A stretch of DNA of 64,000 nt from Opitutia bacterium (GTDB lineage: Bacteria > Verrucomicrobiota > Verrucomicrobiia > Opitutales > T3Sed10-336), in the NCBI GenBank assembly GCA_050506795.1, contig JBJHCF010000003.1, positions 143,477-207,476 of the forward strand, written 5' to 3'. Both the position numbers and the translations under genes were made by a program. Of this stretch, positions 17,586-28,330 are shown piece after piece. The notes beneath the pieces are model-generated. The model did no database searches, had not been told where the DNA came from, and saw only the letters and a list, made by a program, of their open reading frames with translations. Numbering within the stretch: the first letter of the stretch is position 1; the number at the start of each line of letters is the position of its first letter.

Positions 17586-18947
17586 CTAACGATTGCGCTC
17601 GGCGATTGCCTCCAACCGCTCGTCGAGGGTCTCCCGGGAAAACCAGCGGCCGTGCCGCACCACTCCTTCGATAGCCTGGGCGTTGGCGAGGTCTTCCAGG
17701 GGATTCGCGCGCAAGAGAACCAGGTCCGCTTTTAAACCCTCGGCCACCCGGCCAAAGACGTCCTCTTCGCCCAGATATACGGCGGGATTTACAGTGCCGG
17801 TTCGCAATACTTCGTATGGGCTGAGCCCGGCGCTTTCCATCACCGCCATTTCACGATGCACCGAAAAACCGGGGACATTGAACCACTGGGGAGCGTCCGA
17901 ACCGAGAAGCAGGCCGGCGCCGGCATCGTGCAGCGCCTTGATCAGGTCCAGTCGAACCTGGATAAATGCATCGCCCGCTTCCTGATCGTAATGGCTCTCA
18001 TTGCGGAAATTGGTCACCCAGTTGATCCAGCCGTCGACGATGTTCTGCGGCATGTAACGAAATTCCGGCCGCTCCTCCCGGACGGTTTCCAGGTCGACGG
18101 CGAAAGCGCTGTGCATGATGGTTTCGGTCGGAACGTTCCACACGCCGGCTTCTTTGGTTTGTTCCACGATCGCCTGGAGGCGGTCCTCCCGGGCATAGGG
18201 CGCCAGGCGGTAGCCAAAGAATCCGCCGTCAATGCCTTCGGTTTCGTCGGGATCCACCAGGGTCGGCATGTAGGCGTCGAAGTGATCGATGGTGGAGTAC
18301 CCGGCTTCGAGTGCCCGGGGAACGCCCACCGCGCCCGGCACGTGACCGGAGAACTCAATGTTCGCCGCATGGGCGGCTTCCGCCATGGCGTTGAAGGCGT
18401 CGAGCGGCATACCCCAGAAGATCTTTAGCAAATCGTACCCGGCTTCGGCTTGCTGCCGGGCGATGCGGATTCCGTCGGCCGGAGTCTGCACGTTGCCCCC
18501 GAGTCCGGGTCCGGCTGAAATCAGGCGCGGTCCGTCGACCGAACCATCGGCCAGTTGTTGACGCAATTGCAGGTGTACCGGAGCTCCGAGCATGCTCCGC
18601 GCCAGGGTGACTCCATTGGCCAGGTACAGGAATGCCACGTCTTCGCGGTATTGCCGGTCATCACCCTGTCCGGGCATGTGAGCGTGCATCTCCGCCAGGC
18701 CGGGCATGAGATAGTGGCCGCCGGCATCGATCACCTGGGCGCCACCGGGAACGTCGGCCTCAGCCGCCGGGGTGATACTTACAATGCGCCCGGCGTCGAT
18801 TACCACGGTTTGGTCCCGCAGGACACGCTCTTCGTCCATGGGGATTACGTTGACGCCGCTGAAAACCAGCGTTCCCTGGGATCGGAGATCGGTGAGTCCC
18901 AGAGATATGAGGAGAATGGCTATTAGGGTAAAACGTGAGGCGGTCAT
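17586..18947 (-). CDS. Exported amidohydrolase family protein
   Basis: Signal peptide; LMPGLAEMHAH, LLGSDAP, G.VAEGLKADLVLL motifs. Confidence 0.88.
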   Translation of the reverse strand: MTASRFTLIAILLISLGLTDLRSQGTLVFSGVNVIPMDEERVLRDQTVVIDAGRIVSITPAAEADVPGGAQVIDAGGHYLMPGLAEMHAHMPGQGDDRQYREDVAFLYLANGVTLARSMLGAPVHLQLRQQLADGSVDGPRLISAGPGLGGNVQTPADGIRIARQQAEAGYDLLKIFWGMPLDAFNAMAEAAHAANIEFSGHVPGAVGVPRALEAGYSTIDHFDAYMPTLVDPDETEGIDGGFFGYRLAPYAREDRLQAIVEQTKEAGVWNVPTETIMHSAFAVDLETVREERPEFRYMPQNIVDGWINWVTNFRNESHYDQEAGDAFIQVRLDLIKALHDAGAGLLLGSDAPQWFNVPGFSVHREMAVMESAGLSPYEVLRTGTVNPAVYLGEEDVFGRVAEGLKADLVLLRANPLEDLANAQAIEGVVRHGRWFSRETLDERLEAIAERNR

Positions 18948-19106
18948 GGATCGGCCCTTTCGGTTGATCGGTTAACGTTGATAGAGAGCAGTTGTTCGCA
19001 AACAGGACGCTTTATTTTGCCGGAAATCGTTGGCAGGTCAAGTGGGGAGGGATATTTGTGTTTTCGCTGGCGGAGCTTGATGGGTTTTGCTACGGTTTCC
19101 TCTATT

Positions 19107-20036
19107 ATGAGATCAATTCCCACCATTGATGAATTGCGCCGGCGAGCCGGTGCAGTGTTGTTTTCGTTGGCTTGTGCCGCATACCTGACCGGGGGATTGC
19201 CTGCCACGGTTACCGCGGCTGAAACGGAGGATGGCGAGGTGAAGAAACTGGTGCTGGTGGCTGGAACCCCGAGTCACGGCCGCGGCCAGCACGAGCACAA
19301 CGCCGGAGTCCGTCTCTTCAAGGATTCTCTGGCTGATTTTCCGGGACTTGAAGTCACGGCCCACTACAATGGCTGGCCGGAAGACGAGAATGCGTTTGCC
19401 GAAGCCGATGCGATCCTGATTTACATGGATGGAGGAGGCGGGCACCCGATTCTTCGCCGCCAACGCCTGGAGCAAATGGCGGAATTGATGGAGCGAGGGG
19501 TGGGACTGGCTGCTTTCCATTTCGCGGTGGAGGTGCCCGCGGATCGCGCGGGAGAACATTTTCAGGACTGGATCGGCGGTTTTTACGAGTCGAATTATTC
19601 CGTGAACCCGATCTGGACCGCCGAATTCGTCGAGCTTCCCGATCATCCGATAACCCGTGGAGTGGAGCCTTTTGCCATCCGCGATGAATGGTACTTCAAT
19701 ATTCGTTTTCGCCCCGAAATGGAAGGGGTCGTGCCTATTCTGCAAGCCAAGCCATCGGACGATACCCGGGCTGGACCCTATGTCCACCCGCAAGGCCCGT
19801 ACCCGCACATCGTGGAAGCCAGCGGCCGGACGGAAACCCTGGCCTGGGCGGTGGAACGCGAGAATGGCGGTCGTGGATTCGGATTTACCGGCGGGCATTT
19901 TCACCAAAACTGGGGTGATCCGAATTTTCGCAAAATCGCCTTGAATGCCCTGGTATGGATCACCGGCGGCGAAGTCCCTGAAAACGGAGTAGCCTTCACG
20001 GTGACCGACGAATATCTCGAAGCTCACCTCGATTGA
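19107..20036 (+). CDS. ThuA-like domain exported protein
   Basis: Signal-like N-terminus; HEHNAG, HPITRGV, DEWY, GRGFGFTGGH motifs. Confidence 0.75.
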   Translation: MRSIPTIDELRRRAGAVLFSLACAAYLTGGLPATVTAAETEDGEVKKLVLVAGTPSHGRGQHEHNAGVRLFKDSLADFPGLEVTAHYNGWPEDENAFAEADAILIYMDGGGGHPILRRQRLEQMAELMERGVGLAAFHFAVEVPADRAGEHFQDWIGGFYESNYSVNPIWTAEFVELPDHPITRGVEPFAIRDEWYFNIRFRPEMEGVVPILQAKPSDDTRAGPYVHPQGPYPHIVEASGRTETLAWAVERENGGRGFGFTGGHFHQNWGDPNFRKIALNALVWITGGEVPENGVAFTVTDEYLEAHLD

Positions 20037-20065
20037 AGTGTTTCAACCTCTACGTTAACGACCTT

Positions 20066-21061
20066 ATGAACAGACACACCGTATCCGAAACCTCATCATC
20101 TTCACCCATCAGCCGTCGCGACATGCTAATTCGCAGTGCCGGGCTGCTGGCCGCCGGAGGCGCAGCGCTTACCGGTATCAACCGAGCCGTCGCCGCGGAC
20201 GGTCCGCAAAGGCGTCCGGAGGGGCCGGCGGTGCGCAATGGACGCATCAAGCAATCGATCGTGCAATGGCCGTTTGAATATTTCGGCGAACACTGGACCC
20301 TGGAGCAGACCTGCGAGGTCGCCAAAAGCCTTGGGGTGGACAGTATCGAGCTGCTCACCGCCGATCAGTTTCATATCGTGGCGGAACACGGCCTCACCTG
20401 CGCCATCGCCCAGATCAACATGGCGCCGGATCCGCCATTTCTGCGGGGCTTCAACAACCCGGATTTCTGGCCCGAGGTGATGGCCACCACCCGCGAAACG
20501 ATCGAAGCCGCCGCCGAGTACGGCATTCCCAATGTGATCTGTTTCACCGGATTCAGCGCCAAGGATCCCCACGACCCTGACAGCCCGGAGTGGGACCTCG
20601 ACGAGGGCGCCCAAAACTGCATTGAGGGGATCAAGCAGATCATCGGTTTCGCCGAGGAGAAGGGGGTCACCCTCTGTCTGGAGAATTTGAATACCCGGGA
20701 CGACAGTCATCCCATGAAGGGACACCCAGGTTACCAGGGCGCCGAGACCGATTACTGCATCGACATCATCAAGGGAGTGGGGTCACCGCGGATGAAGATG
20801 CTTTTCGACATTTACCATGCTCAGATCATGGACGGCGACATCATCCGTCGCATTCGCGAGCACGCCGAATATATCGGGCACGTCCATACCGCCGGAAACC
20901 CGGGACGGCACGAACTGGACGACACCCAGGAGCTCAACTACCGTCCGATGATGGAAGCCCTCCTGGAGGTTGGTTACACCGGCTACGTCGGCCAGGAATT
21001 TCTGTCCACCCGCGACCCCTACCAAGGGCTGTACGAAGCCATCCGCCTGTGTGACGTCTGA
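20066..21061 (+). CDS. Hydroxypyruvate isomerase / xylose-isomerase-like TIM barrel protein with Tat signal
   Basis: SRRDML Tat motif; LENLN, FDIYHAQ, HVHTAGNPGRHE, GQEF. Confidence 0.85.
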   Translation: MNRHTVSETSSSSPISRRDMLIRSAGLLAAGGAALTGINRAVAADGPQRRPEGPAVRNGRIKQSIVQWPFEYFGEHWTLEQTCEVAKSLGVDSIELLTADQFHIVAEHGLTCAIAQINMAPDPPFLRGFNNPDFWPEVMATTRETIEAAAEYGIPNVICFTGFSAKDPHDPDSPEWDLDEGAQNCIEGIKQIIGFAEEKGVTLCLENLNTRDDSHPMKGHPGYQGAETDYCIDIIKGVGSPRMKMLFDIYHAQIMDGDIIRRIREHAEYIGHVHTAGNPGRHELDDTQELNYRPMMEALLEVGYTGYVGQEFLSTRDPYQGLYEAIRLCDV

Positions 21062-21094
21062 TCGACTCGGTTGATCCCGGTGCCGATTCGCAAC

Positions 21095-21130
21095 GAAAAG
21101 GCGTTCGACTCTCCCGTCGAACGCCTTTTC
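21095..21130. terminator. Bidirectional intrinsic terminator
   Basis: Inverted repeat GAAAAGGCGTTCGAC / GTCGAACGCCTTTTC between convergent genes. Confidence 0.75.
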
Positions 21131-21190
21131 TCGTGCCGGCTTACACCGCAGAACACCGGTCAGTTTGGTCTTGAGGAAAGGCTTGGTGTC

Positions 21191-22123
21191 TTACCCTTTC
21201 ACCGCCCCGGAAGTGAGACCCCCTATGAACTCGCGCTGCAGGAGCAGGAAGAGCACGGCGATGGGAAAGATGGACAGGAAGGTACCGGCGAGGAAGAGTC
21301 CGTAGTCTTCGGAGAACTCGGTGACGTATTGATTGAGCACGACAGGGAGCGGGTACTTGTAGGTGGACTGGAGAAAGACCTGCGGTCCGATAAAGCCGTT
21401 CCATTGTCCCATGAACACAATAAGGCAGAATGCCGCCGTCATTGGCCGAACGAGGGGGATCACGATCGACCAATAGATATAAAACTCTCCCGCGCCGTCC
21501 ACCCGGGCCGCTTCAATGAGTCCGTCGGGCACGCTGAGCATGGACTGGCGGAAAAGGAAAATACCAAAGGCGCTGGCCGCGCCGGGCACGAGCAGGGCGA
21601 GGTAGGTGTCGATCCAGCCGAAGCGCGCGATCAATTCGTAAAGGGGCGCCAGAAAGAGCATGACCGGCAGCATCATGGTCCCCAGCATAAAGAGCATCAG
21701 GGCCTTGCGGCCGCGGAAGCGGTACTTCGCCAGGGCGTAGCCCGCCATGGAGCAAAAGAAAACCTGAATGACGGTCGCCGCGCTGGCCAGAAAGAGGGAG
21801 TTGAGGAAATGCTGGCCGAATCCGACTTCCCCCTGGAGGGTGGGACGGGGAGTGAAGAGGTTGCGGAAGTTGTCGAGACCGAGCGTGGCGTGCCATTCGG
21901 TAATGGGCGGAAGAAACGGGTACTGCATCAGCACCGGTCCGAGCTTGAAGGCGGCGCTCGTCACCCAAACGAACGGCGTCAGGATAACGGCGGAGATCAG
22001 GCACAGCAGAACCAACCGGGCGTAGCGCCAGGCGAGTTGAGGGCGGCGCGGATCGATCGCCACGAGAAAGAGACCGACGGCGAGCAGGGCGAGAAGCAGC
22101 CAATGTATCCAATTCAGGCTCAT
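21191..22123 (-). CDS. Carbohydrate ABC transporter permease (MalG-type)
   Basis: EAARVDGA loop, NSLFLA and GLTSGAVKG C-terminus. Confidence 0.92.
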   Translation of the reverse strand: MSLNWIHWLLLALLAVGLFLVAIDPRRPQLAWRYARLVLLCLISAVILTPFVWVTSAAFKLGPVLMQYPFLPPITEWHATLGLDNFRNLFTPRPTLQGEVGFGQHFLNSLFLASAATVIQVFFCSMAGYALAKYRFRGRKALMLFMLGTMMLPVMLFLAPLYELIARFGWIDTYLALLVPGAASAFGIFLFRQSMLSVPDGLIEAARVDGAGEFYIYWSIVIPLVRPMTAAFCLIVFMGQWNGFIGPQVFLQSTYKYPLPVVLNQYVTEFSEDYGLFLAGTFLSIFPIAVLFLLLQREFIGGLTSGAVKG

Positions 22124-22126
22124 GAC

Positions 22127-22222
22127 TCAGCTTTCATCCCTGTAGGCTCCGGAAAGGCCGATTTGGGTAATACTCACGGTGATCATGATAAGGGCCAGAA
22201 CCCACCCCACCGCGGCCGCCAG
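22127..22222 (-). pseudogene. C-terminal remnant of a MalF-type sugar ABC permease
   Basis: The frame reads LAAAVGWVLALIMITVSITQIGLSGAYRDES*, with an in-frame stop shortly upstream and no start codon. Confidence 0.6.
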
Positions 22223-22346
22223 TTTGTTTGAGCGACTGGTACGTCGTCATTTTTCATGACAACGTCCATCGAATTCCCACTGGCCAATTCCCGGTCCGTG
22301 CCGGCAGAATCCTTGCGGCTTCTCCAACTTTTACCGACACACGCTC

Positions 22347-24863
22347 ATGCCTTCTCCGGAACCTCCCGCCCGATCGCCACATCAATTCGATCTTGCCGCG
22401 CTTCCCTGGAAAATGCGCCAGGCAGGACAGCGCGACTGGCTGCCCGCAACAGTTCCCGGGTGCCTTCATACCGACTTGATCGCTGCGAAGCGCATCTCCG
22501 ATCCGTTTTACGGGCTCAACGAACTTGACCTTCAATGGATCGAAGAGGAGACCTGGGAGTACCGGGTTGGATTCGACTGCTCCGATGAACTGCGCCAAGA
22601 GGAATGCGTCGACCTGGTCGCCGATGGATTGGATACCGTCGCCCTGGTCACGCTCAATGGAAAAGAGGTCGCCCGCACCGAGAACATGTTCACCGGTTAC
22701 CGCTGGCCGGTGAAGGCGCTGTTGAAACCCGCCGGCAACGAACTGGTGGTTCGGTTCGAAAGCGCCATGGATTACATCCGCAACCACCGAACCAATCACC
22801 GGCCGAGGGAGATCAATGATCCGGTCGGTGGCTGCACCAGGATTCGCAAGCAGCAATGCCAGTTCGGTTGGGACTGGGGGCCGCGCTTCGTGACCGCCGG
22901 CATCTGGCGGGGCATCCGGCTGGAGGGCTGGAGCGTCGATCGTCTCGACTCGGTTCGCATCGAACAAAAGCACGGCAAAGACGGAGGTGTCTCTCTGAGG
23001 TTAAGTCCCGAACCGGCTCGCGGGGCCGTCAAGGTGAATTGCCAGTACCGCCTGACGCTGGACGGGGTGATTGTGGCCGAAGGGAAGGGGACGAACGTAC
23101 GGGTGCCCGAACCTCGTTTGTGGTGGCCCAACGGGCAGGGCGAGCAGCCGCTTTACCATCTGGAGGTGGACGTCGCCGGGCAGGGTGGACGCCGAATGGG
23201 ACGGTGGTCGCGGCGCATAGGGCTCAGGAAGATCGAACTCGACCGCCGCAAGGACAAATGGGGCGAGGCGTTTCAGTTTCGGATTAATGGCCGTCCGGTT
23301 TTCGCCAAGGGCGCCAACTGGATTCCCGCCCATACCTTCGTGGCCGGCTTGGCCCGTAAAGACTACGAACGCGACATCCGGGCCGCCGCCGAAGCGAACA
23401 TGAACATGATCCGTGTCTGGGGAGGCGGTATCTACGAAAGCGAAGATTTTTTCGACTTATGCGATGAGCTCGGATTGCTGGTGTGGCAGGACTTTATGTT
23501 CGCCTGTACCCTCTATCCGGGCGACGCGAGTTTCGTTAAAAGCGTCGAGGCGGAAGCCGAATACCAGGTGCGCCGCCTGCGACACCGGGCGAGCCTCGCC
23601 TTGTGGTGCGGCAACAACGAAGTCTGGCACTGCAACGGACACCAACTGGAAGACCCTAAGTTCAAGCGTTATCGCAAGGCGGCCGAGCGGCTTTTCCACG
23701 AGGTCCTTCCGAAGGTGGTCGAGAGGGAGGATCCGGCGACGCCGTACTGGCCTTCCTCTCCCTGGAGAGGAGACGAATCGCGCGACCATGAGACCGGGAC
23801 TCAGCGGGGAGACACCCATTTCTGGGATGTCTGGCACGGGCGGGCGCCGGTCGGCGATTACGAAAAATGGCCGTTCCGCTTCGTATCCGAATTCGGAATG
23901 CAAAGCTATTCGTCTCCCGCCACCAACGCGACCTTTTGCCCCAAAGACAACGACAACATCTTTGGGCCGGTGATGGAAAACCACCAGAAGAACCGGGGTG
24001 GCAATCAGGTGATCCTCGACTACGTGTCCCGGCGCTACCGTTTTCCCAAGTCGCAGGAGGATCTGATCTACCTGTCACAGCTCAATCAAGCCCACTGCAT
24101 GCAGACCGGCGTCGAGTACTACCGCCGAAACCGTCCTCGCTGCATGGGCGCCCTCTACTGGCAGCTCAACGACTGCTGGCCGGTGGCCTCCTGGAGCTCA
24201 ATCGAATTCACGGGGCGCTGGCGGGTCCTCCACCACCTGGCGCGACGCTTTTTTGCACCCGTGCTGGTGACCGCACAGGTGCAGGGAACCGAAGGGGTCG
24301 TCATCGGCAACTACCGCAAGTCGACGGTTCATGCGGTGGAACTGTACACCGTAAACGACCGGCCCGAGGTTTGTCCGGCACTGCTGCGGTGGGACGTCAT
24401 GCATGTCGACGGCCGGCGTCTCGGCGGTGGAATGAAACGGATCCGGCTGGCGGCCGGCGCCAGCCAGGCCTGGAAAGAACTGGACCTGTCGCGAATCCTG
24501 GCCGACCACGGAACGGACAACCTTTATCTCCGTATCGCACTGGACATCGACGGCGCCCGCGAGAGCGAGGAGACGGTTTTCCTGACCGCCCCGCGATTCG
24601 TCGCCCTGCCGAAAGGCAAAACGACGACGGAGGTCAAATCCGTCAGCCCGCGCGAGTACGACCTGACCCTCGTCTCAACCGTTTTCCAGCACCGTTTCGC
24701 GGTCGACTTCAAAGGTCTTGGTCTGGCCTTCAAAGCAAGCGACAATTCCTTCGAACTCTATCCCGACGAACCCAAACGGATCCGCTTGCGCTTCGACAGG
24801 GACGTGACCGTCACCCGCGTCCGCCGCGCCCTGATCTGCCGCTCACTGGTCGATACCTATTGA
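22347..24863 (+). CDS. Beta-mannosidase (GH2)
   Basis: FGWDWGP, KGANWIP, RVWGGGIYE, WCGNNE, SEFG and YWQLNDCWP motifs. Confidence 0.92.
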   Translation: MPSPEPPARSPHQFDLAALPWKMRQAGQRDWLPATVPGCLHTDLIAAKRISDPFYGLNELDLQWIEEETWEYRVGFDCSDELRQEECVDLVADGLDTVALVTLNGKEVARTENMFTGYRWPVKALLKPAGNELVVRFESAMDYIRNHRTNHRPREINDPVGGCTRIRKQQCQFGWDWGPRFVTAGIWRGIRLEGWSVDRLDSVRIEQKHGKDGGVSLRLSPEPARGAVKVNCQYRLTLDGVIVAEGKGTNVRVPEPRLWWPNGQGEQPLYHLEVDVAGQGGRRMGRWSRRIGLRKIELDRRKDKWGEAFQFRINGRPVFAKGANWIPAHTFVAGLARKDYERDIRAAAEANMNMIRVWGGGIYESEDFFDLCDELGLLVWQDFMFACTLYPGDASFVKSVEAEAEYQVRRLRHRASLALWCGNNEVWHCNGHQLEDPKFKRYRKAAERLFHEVLPKVVEREDPATPYWPSSPWRGDESRDHETGTQRGDTHFWDVWHGRAPVGDYEKWPFRFVSEFGMQSYSSPATNATFCPKDNDNIFGPVMENHQKNRGGNQVILDYVSRRYRFPKSQEDLIYLSQLNQAHCMQTGVEYYRRNRPRCMGALYWQLNDCWPVASWSSIEFTGRWRVLHHLARRFFAPVLVTAQVQGTEGVVIGNYRKSTVHAVELYTVNDRPEVCPALLRWDVMHVDGRRLGGGMKRIRLAAGASQAWKELDLSRILADHGTDNLYLRIALDIDGARESEETVFLTAPRFVALPKGKTTTEVKSVSPREYDLTLVSTVFQHRFAVDFKGLGLAFKASDNSFELYPDEPKRIRLRFDRDVTVTRVRRALICRSLVDTY

Positions 24864-24962
24864 TCGGCGCAAGTCGCTTAGATCGAAATCCCGTCGAGTT
24901 TATCCCTTCTGAATTTTGTAGCTTACCGGTCTGCCGATAACCACGGGCAATTTCTATCGGCT

Positions 24963-26345
24963 TCATGGCTCTGAAATTCTGATGTTGCTTCCTTCGTTTT
25001 CTTCGACCGGGCCGCGGGTGATGATCTCGCAGTCCTCGGCCTGGGCGGCGATGATGATCGGCATGGTGGTATTGTTGACGAGCGTCAGGTCGCGGGCCGG
25101 ACGGCGGCCGTAGGGGGACATGGCTTCGCCGGCGCCGGGTTGGGAGTAGGCGACCAGGATGGGGATGGGAAGGGTGCGGTTCTGGTCTCCGGCGGGGCGG
25201 ATGCTCACGCGGTGGCCGGACCCGTGGATGGTGGCCAAACCATGGACGGTCATACCGGATTCATCGGGCAGGAGTTCCAGTTCAACCGAGGCGTTGTCAC
25301 CTTCCAGAAAGAGCAGCGGCCCGTAGCGTGCGTCGCCGCGGCTGTTGATGACCCGGGCGTTACTGGATACCCAGAACCCGCGTTCGCAGCCGATGGCGGC
25401 GCTGTTTTCCACATGAACCCCTCCCTGGGTGCGCAGTTCGAATCCGCCGCGCATGTAGCGGGCGGTGCAGTTGATGAAGGTCAGGTTTTCGGCTTGGGAA
25501 TAGGTGCGAAAACCGTCCTCGGCCAGGGACTTCATGTACCCGGGGGTCACGCGATGCTCGCCGTCGCGGTTTCGGTATTCGGAGCGGAACTCCACGTCAT
25601 AGGCGGGACCCGAGGTTTCGGCCAGCATATCGTCGGTCGAGCGCATCACGCCCTCAACATAACAATCTTCAAAGTGATGATTGTTGCCGCCCTGGATGAA
25701 ATACCCGTGCCCGTAGGAGCGCATAAAAAGGCGGCATCCGATCAGGGTGGCGCTTTCGCCGGTGATGAGTACGCCGCTGTGTTTGCGGTGATGGATCACC
25801 GGGCTGCCGCCTTTGCCGAAGAGGTCCCCATAGCCGTAGGGAAAGGATCCCTGCACCCAGAAAGCACAATCGCGCAGGGTGTTGCGGTCGCCGGAAATGC
25901 GGAGCAGTTCGCCGGCGGCCGAGGTGCCGTCGCCGATGGTGGTGATATTCAGTCCGATGATTTCATTGTTGTCGCCGGAGACGATGAACTCCGGATTGTG
26001 GATAGGCGCGCGCAGCGCCTGCCGCAGCGCGGTGTCGACTTCGATGGTGACGCCGTTCAGATGGAAGACGTTGTCGCTGCCGCTGAAGCTGATAAATTGC
26101 AACTCACCGCGCTCGCGGCGCTCCGGCATGGTTTCGACCGGCAGGTAGTCGGAAATCGCATACAGTCCGGGTTGCATGATAATCGTATTGCCGCTCTCCC
26201 CGGCGTAGCGATCGAGTTCCTCCAGGCTGGAAATACGAATGGGCTCCTCAGCTTGAATACAGGAAGCGGAGAAGACCATCCCGATAATCAAGGCAAAAGG
26301 TGCACGGGATTGTTTGAAGGAACGAAGTGTGGGTTTTGATTTCAT
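24963..26345 (-). CDS. Exported right-handed beta-helix (pectin lyase-like) protein
   Basis: Signal peptide and Gly/Asn/Ile-rich beta-helix-like repeats; located in a sugar cluster. Confidence 0.55.
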   Translation of the reverse strand: MKSKPTLRSFKQSRAPFALIIGMVFSASCIQAEEPIRISSLEELDRYAGESGNTIIMQPGLYAISDYLPVETMPERRERGELQFISFSGSDNVFHLNGVTIEVDTALRQALRAPIHNPEFIVSGDNNEIIGLNITTIGDGTSAAGELLRISGDRNTLRDCAFWVQGSFPYGYGDLFGKGGSPVIHHRKHSGVLITGESATLIGCRLFMRSYGHGYFIQGGNNHHFEDCYVEGVMRSTDDMLAETSGPAYDVEFRSEYRNRDGEHRVTPGYMKSLAEDGFRTYSQAENLTFINCTARYMRGGFELRTQGGVHVENSAAIGCERGFWVSSNARVINSRGDARYGPLLFLEGDNASVELELLPDESGMTVHGLATIHGSGHRVSIRPAGDQNRTLPIPILVAYSQPGAGEAMSPYGRRPARDLTLVNNTTMPIIIAAQAEDCEIITRGPVEENEGSNIRISEP

Positions 26346-26381
26346 TGCATTCTTAGGTTTGGACGTTGTATCGGGAAGAGA

Positions 26382-26477
26382 CTCACACGGAGGTCCGGAG
26401 CCACGGCTCCATAGCTATCACCAGGAAGATTCTCCGTCATACTTTCCATTCTCCGTGTCTCCGTGCCTCCGTGTGAG
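26382..26477. repeat. REP-like palindromic element
   Basis: CTCACACGGAGG (26382-26393) and CCTCCGTGTGAG (26466-26477), with internal CTCCGTG iterations. Confidence 0.55.
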
Positions 26478-28317
26478 ACATTGCTTTTCCCTCGGTGGTT
26501 TCGTTTGTTGATCCGGCGCCCTTGTTGAACTCCGGATCCTTGCGTTTGGAAATCGCGTAGAACCATAATCCCAGTCCGGCAATGGTGCCGCCGCAAAAGA
26601 GAAAGGCCGCTCGGCCCCACAGGGGATTGGGCAGGAGTAGGAGGAGCAGAATAAACCCGCCGTAGGCCATACAGACCATGCTGATGACCCGGTACTGGAC
26701 GCGGTCTTCCGCCCAACCGGCCACGCCCTCGGCTTTCTGGTCGATGGGGGTGTGCATGTCGCGGAAGAACTTCTCGACCTCCTCCCGATACTTCGGGGAG
26801 GTTCGTTTCCAAAAGAGCATCGAGAAAAGAAACCAGCTCAGGCAGACCGTGAAATTGGCGCCGGTGGTGATGGCCAGGCGGAGGTCCCTCACTTCCTCGG
26901 GTCCGAGTTCGGCCCCGCCGCGACCCTGAACGAGGGCTTGCAGGTTGGGCTCGGCGATCAGGCCGGTAACCCCGAATACAGGGAGGCCGTGCAACACCAG
27001 GAACATGCCGAAACCGACCAGCACGGTGCTCCAACCCGCCCAGGGAGGGGTGCGTTTGATGAAGATTCCGAAGAACAGCGGCACCGCGGTCGGCAGCCCG
27101 ACGATGGCCGAAATCAGGAGGATCAGATCGAAAAGCGGCAGGCTCGGGTACTGGGCAAAGATGAGTCCGACGATGATCTGGGAGGCGCCAAGGAGCAGGG
27201 TGAAGACCTTGCCCAGTCCGATCTGCCGGGCTTCGCTGATATCGGGATTGATCACCTGACGGTAAAAATTCCGCACCAGAATGCCGGCGGCCCGGTTGAG
27301 CCCGGTGTCCATGCTGGACATGGTGGCGGCGAAAATCGCGCACGTGAGCAGTCCCAGCATGCCGGTGGGCAGCACTTCCATGGCCATGACGACGTAGGCG
27401 GCTTCGGACGGATTATTGAGGTTCGGGTACTGCGCGGCCAGGTCGGGGTGGACGATGCTCGCGGCCATGGCGGGGATGATGAACACCGGGGTGATGATCG
27501 CGCTGCCGAGGATCGAAATCACAATGGCTTTGCGCGCCTCGCGGCCGCTTTTGACGTAAATGAATTTCTGCGCTCCTTCGTTGATGCTGTTGGGCTGTAT
27601 GGTCTGGGTGATGAGCAGTCCCAATACAAAAAGAACCAGGACCCACGGGCGGTTGAATTCGGTCCAGTCCAGGTGGGCGGCCGGGAGTTGCTCCAGCATT
27701 CCGGAAAGCCCGCCGACCTGCGGGTGGACGAGCACCAGCAGCGCCATCACCAAGGTAATGGTGAGAATGGTCATCATCTGCACGTAGTCGCTGGCAATGA
27801 CCGCCCAGGCGCCGCCGAAGACGGCCATTACGGTGACCACGACGCCGAGTGTGATGATGACCGTGGGCAGGTCCACGCCGAAGACCACAGACATGAAAAT
27901 TCCGATGGCGTAAAGCCCGATGCCTCCGAACAGAATGCCGAACGGAATCGGCATCCAGGTGAAGAACTGCTCGTTGGCCGGACCGAAGCGTTTGCGCACG
28001 GCTTCGACGATCGTTATCACCCGCATCTGACGAAACCGATGGGCGGTGAAGAAGAACGTGAAAAACAATCCAACGATGTTCGCCCCGATGAGCGTGAAGA
28101 AAAACGTTCCCTCGGTGTAGGCTTTCCCGGCGCCTCCGGTGAAGGTCCACGCGCTGAACGTCATCACCCAGGCCGACGCCCCCACCATCCACCACAACAT
28201 GCCGCCCCCGGCCCGAAAGTAGTCGCTCGCCGTTTTACTGAAACGTTTGTAAACCGGCCCAAGCGCCAGGACAAAGGCAAGGTAGGTTCCAATGACCAGG
28301 TAGTCGATGAGTGTCAT
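26437..28317 (-). CDS. Sodium:solute symporter (SSS family)
   Basis: DYFRAGGGM, SAWTFTG and AATMSSMD motifs; many transmembrane helices. Confidence 0.9.
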   Translation of the reverse strand: MTLIDYLVIGTYLAFVLALGPVYKRFSKTASDYFRAGGGMLWWMVGASAWVMTFSAWTFTGGAGKAYTEGTFFFTLIGANIVGLFFTFFFTAHRFRQMRVITIVEAVRKRFGPANEQFFTWMPIPFGILFGGIGLYAIGIFMSVVFGVDLPTVIITLGVVVTVMAVFGGAWAVIASDYVQMMTILTITLVMALLVLVHPQVGGLSGMLEQLPAAHLDWTEFNRPWVLVLFVLGLLITQTIQPNSINEGAQKFIYVKSGREARKAIVISILGSAIITPVFIIPAMAASIVHPDLAAQYPNLNNPSEAAYVVMAMEVLPTGMLGLLTCAIFAATMSSMDTGLNRAAGILVRNFYRQVINPDISEARQIGLGKVFTLLLGASQIIVGLIFAQYPSLPLFDLILLISAIVGLPTAVPLFFGIFIKRTPPWAGWSTVLVGFGMFLVLHGLPVFGVTGLIAEPNLQALVQGRGGAELGPEEVRDLRLAITTGANFTVCLSWFLFSMLFWKRTSPKYREEVEKFFRDMHTPIDQKAEGVAGWAEDRVQYRVISMVCMAYGGFILLLLLLPNPLWGRAAFLFCGGTIAGLGLWFYAISKRKDPEFNKGAGSTNETTEGKAMSHTEARRHGEWKV

Positions 28318-28330
28318 AATAGGACCGGGG

